IMG/VR virus record: IMGVR_UViG_3300037586_005524
Span: 1-64,000 of that record
Reading direction: 5' to 3' (one strand)
From: a virus
DNA: 64,000 nt
This document shows positions 8,994 to 22,200 of this stretch, piece by piece. Position numbers and translations under genes: made by a program. The number at the start of each line of letters is the position of its first letter. Positions within the stretch are counted from its first letter, which is position 1. Under the pieces are notes generated by a model. The model saw nothing but the letters and a program-made list of their open reading frames with translations, had not been told where the DNA came from and ran no database searches.

Positions 8994-11900
8994 TAATACG
9001 TCCTCCCTCCGCCAGAACTCATTCCTCCCCCTGTTGTAGTAACGGTTCCTGGCGTAGTGGCAGTTGTTATAGCTGCTGTTGTTTGTGTAGTCTTAGTTTT
9101 GCTTGTCTGCCGAAACTTGGCCGCTTCGCCAAACATCATATTAGTTCTTACAAAATTACTGTTTATTTTTAATAAGCTATTATTATCTAGTGAGGTGGGG
9201 ACCTCTACTGGCCTTATTGTTCTTTTTGGTCTCCGCGCTGCCGTGCGAGGGGTTCCTTCAGCATTAATCAAAAAACATTGATTAAAAAGGTTTAAATCTA
9301 AAACCCTATTTTGATTAAAACATAATTTAGGATTAGTATATGGACTTAGGCGGCATAATAATTTTTTATTTGGACTGCGTGAGGCATTTTCAAGATGATC
9401 TCTTCTCAATCTTGTCCAAATAGGAGCGGCTATCGCTCCTCTATCAAAGCCAACCAGCACTTCAATTAAAACTATATTCTTTTGATTTAAATAATAAAAA
9501 GCTGCATTTTTTAATTGTTTTAATTGGGGCTCGCCGTTGTCATACCATGCTTGTTTAGTCAACGTAGAGCCTGCGCTACTAGCAGCTATAGCTTTTAATT
9601 GATTTGGCAAAAATTTAAATTCTGATGTTGATAAATTTTGTTTGCTTATATTAAGATTTAGTGCAGTGCTGCAACAACAGATTTCTTTTGCTATATCCAA
9701 GTTGTTCATATAAAATAAGGGGGCAAATATAAATGATGGATTAATTTTGGTTTCCTCTGTTATATTAATTCGATCTTCTCTGTCGTCTTTCGCTTGAATT
9801 TCTTTTTTATATTTTTCTGCAACGGAATTGTGCATTAATTTTGCAATTGTATTTTCTTCCTTGCTAGGTATTTCGTTGCATGAAGATTCATATTTTTTTA
9901 AAGCAGTCGTATTTATAATCGCCATATTCTGCGCTAAACCATTTTTAACATGTGTAGAGAATCCATCTGATTTTTGAGCAAATATATCCCCGGTCGTGCA
10001 TGAATTTGATTGTGATTTTCCAACTTCGGCTAAAGTTGAAATATTTTCTTTATGTAGCCGATTCATAGTTTTATGGGAGTACAGATCCATTAGCACACTA
10101 AAATGTCCTAATTCTGAGGCATTCTGTATCTGGCCCTGATCTCCTTTCCCATAAGTTCTAAAATTTCTACCTAGTATTTTAATTAAAGCAGGGGTCAAGT
10201 AGGAAAATTGAGTTGTACTCAATTGATTCTCGTACCTTTTATTGCCGGCTAAAATTCCTGTTTGTTGGGCGCTCTGCTTAAAAAATCGTAAATTTTCATT
10301 CATTGTTCTTCGTAAAAAGTCCGCGCTAGAAAAAGTCATCAAGCCTATTTCAGATGTTTTTGAACCATAAATAACGTCAAGATAGTCATATCCAACCTCT
10401 CCATTGTTTTTTGCGTTGAATATATCGGGAAAAACATGATTTATAGAAATAGTTTGTGTAAATGTTTTTTTTCCGGAAATAACTGCGTTAGAATTCATCT
10501 CATCTATATTTCTTGTGTTTTTAGAAGGAAACTCTTCTACTAAATCTTGAATAAAAGAACTAACATTATTATATATATCAATTACTTTTGATATACTTTC
10601 TGTGGTTGCGGTATTAGGAGAGGACAAGATATACATTTGCTGCTCATCATTATTTTCTAAATTGGCAAACGCCTTCACCGCTTTCAATAATATATTCAAG
10701 GCCCAGACCCACGGGCCTTTGTCATTTACCATATAATTTTTTCTAAGAGTGCCAGATTTAAAATCTTTAAAATATAATTCCATTGCTTTTCGACCTTCTG
10801 TTAAATCATTTAAAAGCTGTTTTATATATTTTATTGTCCCGTCTTCAACTTCTAATTTTACACCATATTTGAATAACCCATCTTTTATATCTTGCATTGA
10901 TATATCTGTTGAGCCAAAATATCTAATTTGTTTAGATGAGTTTAAATTATTAAAAGTGCTGGTTGATGGTTCGAGATATAAACCTTTGACCTCTGTTAAC
11001 TTGCCAATTATTTTTTTTACATTACTAATATGATTTGCTATGTGAGGATCTTTTTTTACAGAATAGTCTGTTGTGGCGACGACGGCGCCAACTTGTGTTG
11101 ATCGTGCAATAGTTTGTTGAACATTGTTGTGGCTTTTGCTTTCTGGAGAAATGTCGCCGGCTTCATTAACTTTCTCTCGTGTTAACACTATATTTTTTAT
11201 TTCGCTTAAGCTCATTATTTCATCAAAACTAAGTTTGCTAGAATCTAGAGCTAAAGAAAAATCAGTTTCACTAGCAACCAATCTAGGTAATTTGAAATTA
11301 TTTTTGCTAATTTCTCCCAAATCAATTGCAAAAAAGAGCCTAATAAATCCATTTTTATCGTTTGTTATACACAAATTAGAAAATTGAGCATTTTTTTTAT
11401 CAATCAAGGGTTTATTTTCTAATAATCTACAACTAAAATTTACTTTTGATATTTTATCGAGGACCCTATAATCATGCAATGTTGTATTTGGAATTTTTAC
11501 AAGATTTAATTTTGGACCTATAACAGAAGAATTATCTCCCATAGAACCAACATGCCCATCTGATGTAAACTGTACTGGACCCGTCCAAACTCTTTTGCCT
11601 CCTTGAGAAACTAAATAGTCTTCTTGCCCTTTGGGCAAAGTAACTGTTGAATCTCGAAAAACAAAAACATTAGCGTTCCTCACTATTGTTTTATTCCTAA
11701 AGACGTCCTCTGAAGCAATTGTCGCTGTGTTGATTAATAAATTTTTATAACTTGGGCTGGAAGATATTCTCCTTGCATGCCGTGGGTGATTTGGGTTATA
11801 TTGACAAATGGCATAGAACGATAAGTCCGAAGTATTCTTATCAATAAAAAATTCTTGTGTGACTGTGTTTTTAGAGCCCAAATCAAACGTCTTGACTTCT

Positions 11901-12175
11901 GCCTTTGATAAACTTATCTTTCCAAGGCTGCCATCATTTTTTGAATTTTCTATTAATTCAAAAATTGCTTTTTTGTTATTTAATTTAAGTTTTTTAATTA
12001 TATCTTTGTCGGCTATTTTAACAATACTTAATTGCATTGTTTCAGTCATTGGGCCCACTTTTGTGTTATTCATATAAACCGTTATAGTCACTCTAATATT
12101 CTTTTCAGCCGTAGTCGGCTCTAAAGTTATTTTAGAAATATATGGTTGCACTACTTCTGTTTCTGGATATCCCAT
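8993..12175 (-). CDS. large hypothetical protein (putative structural)
   Basis: About 1060 aa within the tail operon; likely start is ATG 12175 overlapping the upstream TAA; Thr/Gly low-complexity C-terminal tail. Confidence 0.6.
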   Translation of the reverse strand: MGYPETEVVQPYISKITLEPTTAEKNIRVTITVYMNNTKVGPMTETMQLSIVKIADKDIIKKLKLNNKKAIFELIENSKNDGSLGKISLSKAEVKTFDLGSKNTVTQEFFIDKNTSDLSFYAICQYNPNHPRHARRISSSPSYKNLLINTATIASEDVFRNKTIVRNANVFVFRDSTVTLPKGQEDYLVSQGGKRVWTGPVQFTSDGHVGSMGDNSSVIGPKLNLVKIPNTTLHDYRVLDKISKVNFSCRLLENKPLIDKKNAQFSNLCITNDKNGFIRLFFAIDLGEISKNNFKLPRLVASETDFSLALDSSKLSFDEIMSLSEIKNIVLTREKVNEAGDISPESKSHNNVQQTIARSTQVGAVVATTDYSVKKDPHIANHISNVKKIIGKLTEVKGLYLEPSTSTFNNLNSSKQIRYFGSTDISMQDIKDGLFKYGVKLEVEDGTIKYIKQLLNDLTEGRKAMELYFKDFKSGTLRKNYMVNDKGPWVWALNILLKAVKAFANLENNDEQQMYILSSPNTATTESISKVIDIYNNVSSFIQDLVEEFPSKNTRNIDEMNSNAVISGKKTFTQTISINHVFPDIFNAKNNGEVGYDYLDVIYGSKTSEIGLMTFSSADFLRRTMNENLRFFKQSAQQTGILAGNKRYENQLSTTQFSYLTPALIKILGRNFRTYGKGDQGQIQNASELGHFSVLMDLYSHKTMNRLHKENISTLAEVGKSQSNSCTTGDIFAQKSDGFSTHVKNGLAQNMAIINTTALKKYESSCNEIPSKEENTIAKLMHNSVAEKYKKEIQAKDDREDRINITEETKINPSFIFAPLFYMNNLDIAKEICCCSTALNLNISKQNLSTSEFKFLPNQLKAIAASSAGSTLTKQAWYDNGEPQLKQLKNAAFYYLNQKNIVLIEVLVGFDRGAIAAPIWTRLRRDHLENASRSPNKKLLCRLSPYTNPKLCFNQNRVLDLNLFNQCFLINAEGTPRTAARRPKRTIRPVEVPTSLDNNSLLKINSNFVRTNMMFGEAAKFRQTSKTKTTQTTAAITTATTPGTVTTTGGGMSSGGGRTY
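8996..9110 (-). repeat. Thr/Gly low-complexity C-terminal tail
   Basis: Encodes TSKTKTTQTTAAITTATTPGTVTTTGGGMSSGGGR. Confidence 0.5.
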
Positions 12176-13272
12176 TAATCGCACTCCGGAGTTGTTTCTG
12201 TTGCTTCTTTATAAATATCTGATGATAAAATATTTACCTCGGGTTCTTGTAAACAATCTAGTGGATCTGCCACAAAATGTCCTTTTTGTTTTGCTGCTGG
12301 TTTTAATTTACATATTAAATCTTTATCAATTTCATGATCAACATACACATTAAAAAAATGTTCCACGAAGGAGGAGTCTAAAGGAGTTAATTTCATTTTT
12401 AAATCTTCTTCAATAGATTTTATGTTTTCTTCTTCAGATTTTAAAAGGCCTTTTTCATTGACACTCGATGGATTTTTAGTGAAAGACAGTGATTTTAAAA
12501 ATGCGCCCACTGCTTCAAGCGTAGCATTTCCTTCGGCCACAACATGCGAATCAACTTCAAAAACTTCAATGTCAAAATTTTCTTTTAAAAACGGGACATT
12601 ATGTTCATTAATTTCTAATGTTACAAAATCTTCTTGAAAATCATAATATCCATCTGAATATACAGGAGGATTTTCATGTAGCTCATCAAATTCTTTTAGT
12701 CTAAGATCCGTGCTTTTGTTTATATTGTGCTCAGAAGTCTCCGGATCTTTATTTAAAGATTTTGCAACGGTTTTATATTCAATTTTAACGTCTATTTGAG
12801 GTATCTGCAAATATGGGTGCATGCTAGCAGTTAAATAGGATACGCTGCTGCCTGTTATAGCATTGTATAAAAATTTAATATCCCAGGACGGCGCATATTC
12901 ACTATCAAAACTGCAGTTTCCAAGTGGCAAAGACAAAGTATATTGTTTTATATATGAAGGAGGATGTTGTATTGGGTCGCATTCACCAGTATTAATACAC
13001 GCTTCAGTGGCGTCGTCGGGCCAAGATAATTTTGGAAGATCTGTATTCTGAAACGTATATTGGGTCTTTAGTCTTGGGACTTCTTTAATCCTATCTTTAA
13101 TATCGTTTTGTAATTCTGTAAACTCAGGCCTTGCATACTTACCATCATATAGAATCTCATCATCAAAAAACGCATATTGTGCTGGTTTAAATTCACCATT
13201 TAAAAGCAGATACTCCCCATATGGTGTTAATTCTAAATCTATTACATCTTCTTTTTTATTAAAAAATTCCAT
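12175..13272 (-). CDS. virion structural protein, N-terminus paralogous to 4485..5540
   Basis: VIDLELTPYGEYLLLNGEFKPAQYAFFDDEILYD aligns with IILDAVLTDAGRRAMARGDGTFKINHFKLGDDEINYE. Confidence 0.55.
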   Translation of the reverse strand: MEFFNKKEDVIDLELTPYGEYLLLNGEFKPAQYAFFDDEILYDGKYARPEFTELQNDIKDRIKEVPRLKTQYTFQNTDLPKLSWPDDATEACINTGECDPIQHPPSYIKQYTLSLPLGNCSFDSEYAPSWDIKFLYNAITGSSVSYLTASMHPYLQIPQIDVKIEYKTVAKSLNKDPETSEHNINKSTDLRLKEFDELHENPPVYSDGYYDFQEDFVTLEINEHNVPFLKENFDIEVFEVDSHVVAEGNATLEAVGAFLKSLSFTKNPSSVNEKGLLKSEEENIKSIEEDLKMKLTPLDSSFVEHFFNVYVDHEIDKDLICKLKPAAKQKGHFVADPLDCLQEPEVNILSSDIYKEATETTPECD

Positions 13273-13284
13273 TTCTTTTTATTC

Positions 13285-16200
13285 CTAGTCTATAAGTCCT
13301 AATTTCGTACCAGTTGATTGCGCAGTTGATCCTTGTCCCCTGCTTTTTTCTTGCCCATCTATTAATTGTAATTTATTTCCTGTCTGCTCTACAACACTTT
13401 GCATCGTAGTGACAGTTGTTGCTGAACGAGTCTCCTCTTGGATATCTGGGTGTCGAGAAGAAATACTTTGGGCGCCTTCGCCAGTAACTACTATGCCTTC
13501 TCCTCCCGAGCCAAGAGAGCCCATATCTGATTTAAGGCTCGCTGCTGATGGATGTACTTGTACCATTCCTTTCCCGCCAAATTGTGCTTCAACATCTACT
13601 TTTATTAATTCAACTAACGAACAAAAATCATATGGCCAGTTATAACTATAATCTAGGCCATATCCAGATGCAACATCGCTTTCAAGACGAGCATATTCTA
13701 TTATATCTTCAATATTAGTGCGGATGCCAGAAGAAAGAAGCCCGTGTTTTATGTTTGATGGTGCACTAGGCGCCATATCCATCTTTACTGCGGGGCCGTT
13801 GGCATCTCCGTTATTTCCTCCATTGGTGGGTCCGCCAATGAATTCATTGGTGGATCTGAGCGGGTGAAATGGGTTGGCGGATCCATGTGAATCTACTTGC
13901 GGCGCCGTAGCCTGAATTCCAAGTTGGACGCCGGCAGGTGCTGGGCCCGCATCTGGTCTTGGTGGCAGCATTCCAGCTAAATTAATTACTTTATCAAAAT
14001 AATTCCATTTCGCTTTTTGTTTAACTTTAAAAATCATCCAATGTAAATCTGGATTTTTTAGATCTTTTGCTGTTAATAATTCTCCTTGTTCTAGTCGATG
14101 ACAAATGGTGGCTTTCTCTTTTTTGTGTGTTTGTGCTATTTCTGGTTGTATATTCTGCCATATATTTGCAATTTCTTCTTGTGAAAATTCATGTTCAAAT
14201 TCAAAAAGATACATAGCAAAAGGTCTAAATCTCTTAGACCCAAACTTTTTTAATTGTGTCAAGAAGTCAAATTGTGGCGGAATGATATACCGCTGCATTG
14301 TTTTTACCATATTATAAACAGAAGTTGTGACACTGCTTTCTTCTGGTGTTTTACCTGCTAAAATATCTGCTACGGCTCTTTTAACGATGTTCTTATGTAT
14401 ATTGATAAATTTTGTTTGCACTCTACCTGTACGTTTGTTGAACTTCTTAATCACTGGTATTGCAACCACTGCTTCTCTAATTGTCTTTTCTTTATCGTCT
14501 GGCAAGATTCCTAATTTTTTAAGTCCTTTGTCAATTGTAAGCAGATCTGCCAGAGATTCATTGCCTGCTACGTCAAGAACGCCTAAGAATATTCCTTTTG
14601 AATTATCCGTTTCATAAACACCTTTTTGGTGCCACATGCCTTTTGTAGATGAGTCGCCCTCAGAGAAAGAAGTCTTTGTAACATTTGTAAAATTAAGTAT
14701 AGGAGTTTCAAATTTAGGTTGTATAACAAAACGTGCATCTTTTTGAAATATACTAACAGAAGCTGTTAAATTCATCATAGCAATATCTTGAAGATAATCC
14801 GCGCTATGTGTTCCGGAGCCAGATAACTGTGAGCCGTCGACACTTCTATGTTTTGTAATTGTAGAATTCGAAATGATTTCATCTAATGTATATTCATTGG
14901 CGCCTTCTGTACCGTATCTTTCTGCAACTGTGTGTTTCCATGGTGTAAAAGAATACTCAACATAAGAATAACCAGTTACAGAATCACTATAATAATAAGG
15001 AGGTGTAAATGGTGCATAGCCTCCTGGTCCACCATCCTTGCATGAATCAACTGTTGGGCCAAAAGCGCTTTCCCGATTGTACATAGAGAAATTTCTAGTA
15101 TTATTTGTAGAAACATCTTGATGGTCTGCTAAATAAATTCTCATTTTATAAACGTTTGTACTATCAACAATATAGCTATCTTCATTTTTTGATGAAATGA
15201 GCGTAGATACTTCTCCATTTTTTAAGAATAGATCAATAGAAGTGGCAAGAAAATTATGCATCGCCAGTTTGTAAGTATCGCTTTTAACAAGATCTAATTT
15301 GATACTACCAGTTGCAATAGGGCTGGCCTCAGTTGAATCAGCAGAGCCGCTTACTCTGGCAGTTGGATCTGGTTCTGCTTCATAAATATATGATCCATTG
15401 CCAATGTAAGTTTCTGGTCGAACTAAGCTGTCAAAAGGTAATCTATAATCAAATGATGCAGAAAGTCTATACAAGTTTTCATGAGCAGCAGTACTGCCGG
15501 TGCCTAAAGAATATGGCGTAGTCATCGTAACTGTTCCACCTGCTGTTGTAGTGCCAGGTTGCTTAGTATAAATTGGATAATCAACAGCAACTCCTGATTT
15601 AATTGAATTATATAAAATTCCAGGAGCAAAAAATGGTGTTAGAGCGATTCTTCTTTTAGAATTGTCCTCATATTTATCTGTGCCATATTCTGTTGATGAA
15701 TATGATTGACTAAATAATGTTGCCAATTGTAATGTTCTATCTGCTGGATAAAATCCTTTATATGGCAAAAGTTTCATGATCGCGTTACAAGTTAATGCGA
15801 TTCTGGAAGGCTCAATAACCCCTTTGTGATCTTCATAAATTAAAGAAAAATGCTTTAAAAAATCTGAGTGTGAATATGTTTTAAAGAAATTATTTACAGT
15901 GCTATCTGCATAATTTGAACCAGTACAAGTTAAAAACCCTTCCCTATCTGCAAAAAAGTTTCCATTTTTTTCATCTAAAAAGTATTCCATATGTTCACTC
16001 ATTCTAAATTCTGAAGCAATAGAATACTTTTGGCCCACTCTCCGTATCTCATTAGAATAATCATCATATGAATCATAAAATGGGTTGCCTGCTTCCCATA
16101 AAGTATCTCCATACAACATATCGCCTTCGGCGGCGCTGGCGCTTATAGGCCTAACATAACAAGCTGCTGGCGTAATTATATCTGTGCCTCCATGATGAAT

Positions 16201-19200
16201 TGAATAATTATTCTGTAGCTCGCCGGCGCCGTCATTTCCGGGAGAATGTTGGCCGCGTCTTGCTTCGGCGGCCGAACCTGTTCTTCCGTCCAGGGCCCAT
16301 ATACTTTGTTTAAGAATTGTTTGACCTTGAGAATTTGTTACATTAGTTTTAGTTCTATTGGACCGTGTTTCTCTCCAAAAATCAACAAAATAATTTGTCC
16401 TCATTCTTGCTTTTGCTAAATATACATTAATTTCTCTTGGATAAATCATTTCTCTATAATACAAACTAATAAGATTCGGCTTAAAAGAAACTACATCCTC
16501 TAAATAAAGATTTTTAATATAATCATATACTTGATCTCCGCCATAAAGTTTAGATTTAAGTTTATTCTGTACTTCGATATTTGCGAAACTTGCTAAATTG
16601 TTTCCATACGTATGTTGGATTATACCCTCTTTAAACACATGAACCATAGGCTTAAAACGACTTGTTGCCAAAGATTCAGTATGATGCTCAAGCCTATTGT
16701 CATAAAAGAAAGATAACATACTGTCTTTTCTTTCTTTTCTCATAACTGGATGTTGAGCTAATCTTGCCTGTTTCCAAGACGGCCAGCCATAAGGGCCTTG
16801 TCGATGGAGAATTAAACTATTAAAATCGTTGGGGCGCACAATCGATGCAATATTTGTATTTTTATAAACTCCATTAGAAGAGCTTAGAAGGTTCAAGGGT
16901 GAATCAAGGGGATCATAAATTAATGTATTGAGCCCAACAAAATCAACCGGTATTGTGGGGCCGCCCGCAATTGCTGCGGCGCCAGTGAGACTAGCACTTA
17001 ATAATGTTAAATCAGTAGAAGCATCCGGACCATATCGTCTAATATCGTTAGTTCGTGGGGTTTCATAACCATACAAAACTGACCCAGTATAACCAACAAT
17101 TAAACTAGCTGATATCCAAGAATATTGCATATCTGTTCTTGGAATTGGATGTTGAACCCAATAATTATCATAAGCAACCCCGGTAGGAAATGTAGTTGCC
17201 ACTTTCGTAGAATCCCCTTCAAGCTCTATTCTTCTTCGTGGGTTTCTATTAACCTTGTGATAAGAAGGCATTGGCTGGCCAGAAGTGCTAACACCCGCAT
17301 ATCCTGCTGATTTTACATCAGTTTGAGTGCCCGCATAGGAACCACCTTTGGCCGGGTCTTGAAAACCAGTACTAATGGCTGTTTCCCAGCTAGCAGAATA
17401 TTGTGCATCGCTCCAATATCCAAATTGGTTACAGTGGTTTGTTAAATATTCTTTGAGAGGTAATCGAGCTGCTAAATTTCTATAATTAAGACAATTATAT
17501 ACTGAGTATTCTCCAGATTCAAGATCTAAAAAGGCTGCGGCCATTGTTTCAGGGCCTCCTGGTGCACTAAATCTATTAACAAAAACAAACTCATTTGAAC
17601 CAGTTACAGAGCGATCAATAGATGTAAAATCAGGAACCCCTTGTACTGGTAGCTCTGCTGAATCTGGCTTTTGGCGATCAAGCCAATTAATATTTATGCC
17701 ATTGTTTTTAACAAAATATCTGTTATTGATTTTTCTTCCAGCGGTGGAAACGATATTATAATCAAATCTATAGTTTCCTATTTTTGTTGTGTGTTTTGGG
17801 TCTCTATAGCCGCCGGAGCCGGTTGTCGTACGAATATTTTCAATATTAACGGGACGCTTTGGCCCATTCCAGAACATTGAACGAGGGTTGTGGACAGAAG
17901 CAGATATAGGAGAAACAATTGTTACGTATTTGTTGCTTGAATCTTCTTTAAACACCAATCTCCAACCTTCTACTCTATTTGCCCTAGTATCTAAATTAGA
18001 GCCAACTTTAGCGCTGCCACTAAATTGCGACCAAACGTGTCTATATGGAAAGCCTCCAACCCATTTTTCGGTAAATGGACCTTGCATTGGTATTTCATAG
18101 TGTGGAGTATATATATCTTGGTGTAAATTAGCGAAGTCAATGCCGCCGGTGAAACTGCTTGAAAGTATTTTATTATATCCAGTAACGACAGAAGAACTCA
18201 TAATAGTGAAAGGGGTTGTCCATTTAGTATACGAATCCCCAAAATAATCGCGTTCTCCAGTGTCTGCGGAGGCGCCGCGGCTTTTTACTCTGGATGTGGT
18301 TAGAAATTCTCTCTTTTTATTTTTTGGAAAATATAGTCTCCTATATTCTTTGGCTATATCGCTTTCTGCAACCTTTTCATTTGTAACTTCCAAACCAACA
18401 CTTTCAGATCCAGAAACATTATTTATTAAAGTTTTAAATAAAGTTGGCTTTTTGTTTATTAAATTATTGACTCCGCCGTGTATTGGCTTAAATATATGTG
18501 CAGATAGTCTACCAGGACTCCGATTTGCTCTTTTAGATGTTTCAATTATAGCATCAAAGATTCTTTGTCTTGCACTATCGACGTCGCTATCTCCACTTGA
18601 AATTGCTGGTTCTGTAAGTTTGGCTCTTGTCCATGATAATGTATTTTTTGTTTCGTCATTTTTCTCCCAATCTTCATTGTCTGGGAGTCTCACGGTCATT
18701 TGAGTAGGTCCGTGCGCTTTCAATGTTTTTGTTAAACTTGGTTTGGCGGCATGGTGAGCCGAATGATGGTGCTCGGTAGTAAACTTGATTTGAATTTTGA
18801 TGCCATTATCATCTTTGGCTTCGCCGCCAAGGGTGCTTTCTAGTACATTTTTAGTATGCTTTTCTTTCTTTTCAATAATAGGTAATTTTGACCAATATTT
18901 ATTTCTTTCTAAGATATGGCTTTCAACCATATTTCTAATATTTTCAGAAAATCTTGAAGAAGCGGGAATAATTTGACGGATCATATTAGATATTGATTGA
19001 TCAATCCATTTATAATAATCAATATACTTCTCTAAATCTGGACTTACTATGTCGCCAGTGTTTTCTACTTTTCTTTCGAAGAAAAGTTGTCGTAGTTTTC
19101 CTAAAGCTTTATAATCTTGTCTGTATCGATTGGCTGGTTCCCCAATTAAATTATTAAAATCTTTAATTGTCGCAAAAAATCTTAACATTTCCTCAGAAAT

Positions 19201-22200
19201 TGTCTGATACATGCTTTTTTCGATGGCAAAAAAGTTAGTAGTGGGCCTTATATGTTTTGTAAAAACAATATCATCAGAATCTAAAATCTTCACCATATCA
19301 GAAGAATTGACATTCTCTGGTATGTTTTGTTTTGCTGAATATATGTATTCCTTGCTTATAACAGATTTATTTGGAGAAAAGAAATCTCCTTTTCCTGTAT
19401 GTTGTAAACTAGTGATTCCACTTATTGCTCCGTAACTTGAAGTAATATTTATAGAACCAGAAGACATGTCCGCAACTGAGAAACTAGCATTTTTATCACT
19501 AGTTCCATAATATGAATCGCTATTTGCTGGGCCCGAACTAGATAATCCGGTAAAATCCCAATTTAAAGCAAGGGTTTCTATTTGGGGAACATATGGTTGA
19601 GTTATCCCTTCGTTTTCTCCATCGGATGGCATAACTTCAAACAAATATGCAGGCTTGTATGGATTTAATCGACCAATATTTTTTGGGTCTCTGGCGTGTG
19701 CTCGAATGGTTTCATTATCAAGATAGTCTAACCAGCATCTTAATGAAGAAAACTTAATATCAGTTGGAGTTAAATAGGACCCAGTAAAATTAGTTCTATG
19801 TGCGCCTGCATAAGCTCGTTTGGAGCTAGATAGAAAGTTTTCTCCTTGTGCTTGAGATAGATTTCCAGTAACTAAAAATTCATTATTTATAGTATTTAAA
19901 TCATTATTAACACCATAAAACTCTATCACATATGCAAGAGGGCCATCCGCTTTCATCTTTTCGTCCATTTGAGAAAGAGTGCCAGATACGTAACTTGCTA
20001 ATGGATGCTTTTCTGGTCTGACCCGAACGGCAAAATTCCATTTATTATTATCATATACTTCTTTAAACACACTGCTTGTTAGCTCTAAAGCGAATCCCTC
20101 ATCCGAACTACTAAGCATAAAAAATGCATCTTTATTTGTAAATCCGGCCGAGGACACGATATCGTCATTTAATGTCTTTCTACATGCATAAACTTGAAAA
20201 TTTGCAGAGTCATCGCCGTGCCAAGTTAAATCATTATAGTTTTGTGCACTACTGGGAGGCTCTTCATAGTTTGTTTGCCTGGCAGTATGCATACCAAAAA
20301 GGGAGGCCGAAAGGTTTGAAAGCATAAAATAATTTTGATCCCGTGGAGATCCGGGATCTGGAAAAATAATCTCTGCTTCTGTTGTAAAAGGAATGGCGAT
20401 ACGAGTAAGCGAAGTGGATGTCGGTGTTGATTTTGAACCCGAAATAAAGGATACTGAGTTTGTATTTGCGCTAGATGTAAATTGATAAATTGTTCCATAA
20501 GCTCTGCCTGAATTACTAAAATCAACACAATTCTTTTTAACGGTCACTGAAGAAAAATTATTTTCAAATGTATAGTCTGATTGATCCGCATATAAATTTA
20601 ACTTTAAAATTTCATGATCAATACCAAAACATCTAATTAAATTTCTAAATGCTTTTTCGGTGCCTTTAGACTTATAGATAAGAGATAAAGAATTATAAAT
20701 ATTTTGATATATTTGATTTTTTATATGATAAAGTTTTTTTTCAAATAACTCATTATTAGACTGATTTAAAAATTGTGCTAAAATGTCGGCATCTGCAAAT
20801 ATTTCTGACGTCACGAATCCTTTTGATTCCAAGGCATCTTTTATAAAATGGTGTGGCTTTTCATAACTTCCGCTTGGATAAACTACATTTTGCAAAGTAG
20901 GCAATTCTTGTATTTGTAATTGCAAAGTATCAAAATAACTTGCCATTATTTGTGTTAGTTTTTTAAGTATTTCTCCATTTTCACCATCTTCATTTATTAT
21001 CCAAGCAGGCAAAGAATTATAAATGGCTGCATTATTTGAAAGATCGTGATGTTTTCCTTTGCTTATAGAAGAAGTCAAATAAGCATTTACATCTGGGTGT
21101 GTGCTATATAGAATCGGATCTTTAAACTCATAAGAGGCCGTTACTAAATTACTCAATGTAATAGCTGAACCGGTTTCTCTATGGCCAGAAGTATATCCTA
21201 TCCAAGTTCCATTATTAACCCGTCCAGAATAGTCTAAAATTGTTGAATCTGTGGGATTTTCTCCTGTTACGCCCTCATTAAACTTATAATAAACGCCCAA
21301 ATGTGTATTTGCATTGTCAGTATTTGTACCGCCGCCGACTTGCGTAAACCAATGTCGTCCAATTTGTTGAGAGTTTCTTTCTGTTTTCCAAAATCTAAAT
21401 TCATCTAGCGCGCCGGAAAACGGAGCCCAGCCTAATTGTGGCGTGCTATCGCCGCGCGGCGAAGTTGCAAGAACACCGATTGTTGCGAGCATGCCGCCGC
21501 TTACATAATCAACAGTTGCGCTTGACTGTTCTCTAATTAAATTAGTGGTGGTACCAACAATTGTATCATTGTGGGCTCCGTCGACATATAATTTTGCTTG
21601 TAAGTTTCCGGCCGCAAGACTTCCGGAATTTGCAAATGTAAATGCATAATGATGCCACTTATCATCACTAAAATTACCTGTTATCCCTTGACCAATAGAC
21701 GCTGTTTGAAAACCCACTCCGCCAGTGGTACCATCGGTGCTGCCACTTATATATGTAACTTGAAATTCTGGGTTGGCGGCGCCAGCACGGTAGATCTCTA
21801 TGGCCATGCGACCATACCCAGCTTCAGCTTCTGTTGCATTCACGGTATAAGTGTCAAATACTACTTCTCGTGCTAGCCGAGTAGTATCTTCTTTTTTCAT
21901 CCAAAATTCTACTGTATTGCCATCAACACCATCGATTTTTAAATTAGATTCTCTATTTTGAGATTGGTCATAAATATTGGAGTAACCACTTCTATAGTCG
22001 CCACTAGTATCGGTTACTTTTTTTCCTTTTCCGCGAGTGCTAGGATGTGGGCCGCCTCTAAATAAAATATATTCTGGGGTGGAAGAACTGAAATAATTAT
22101 TTGAACTGGCGCCATCAAAATAGCCAGAAGTGTCGCGAGCCGCAATGCGAATAAAACCATTTGTTCTAGGATATTCATTTTCAAAAACATAGTTATCTAG

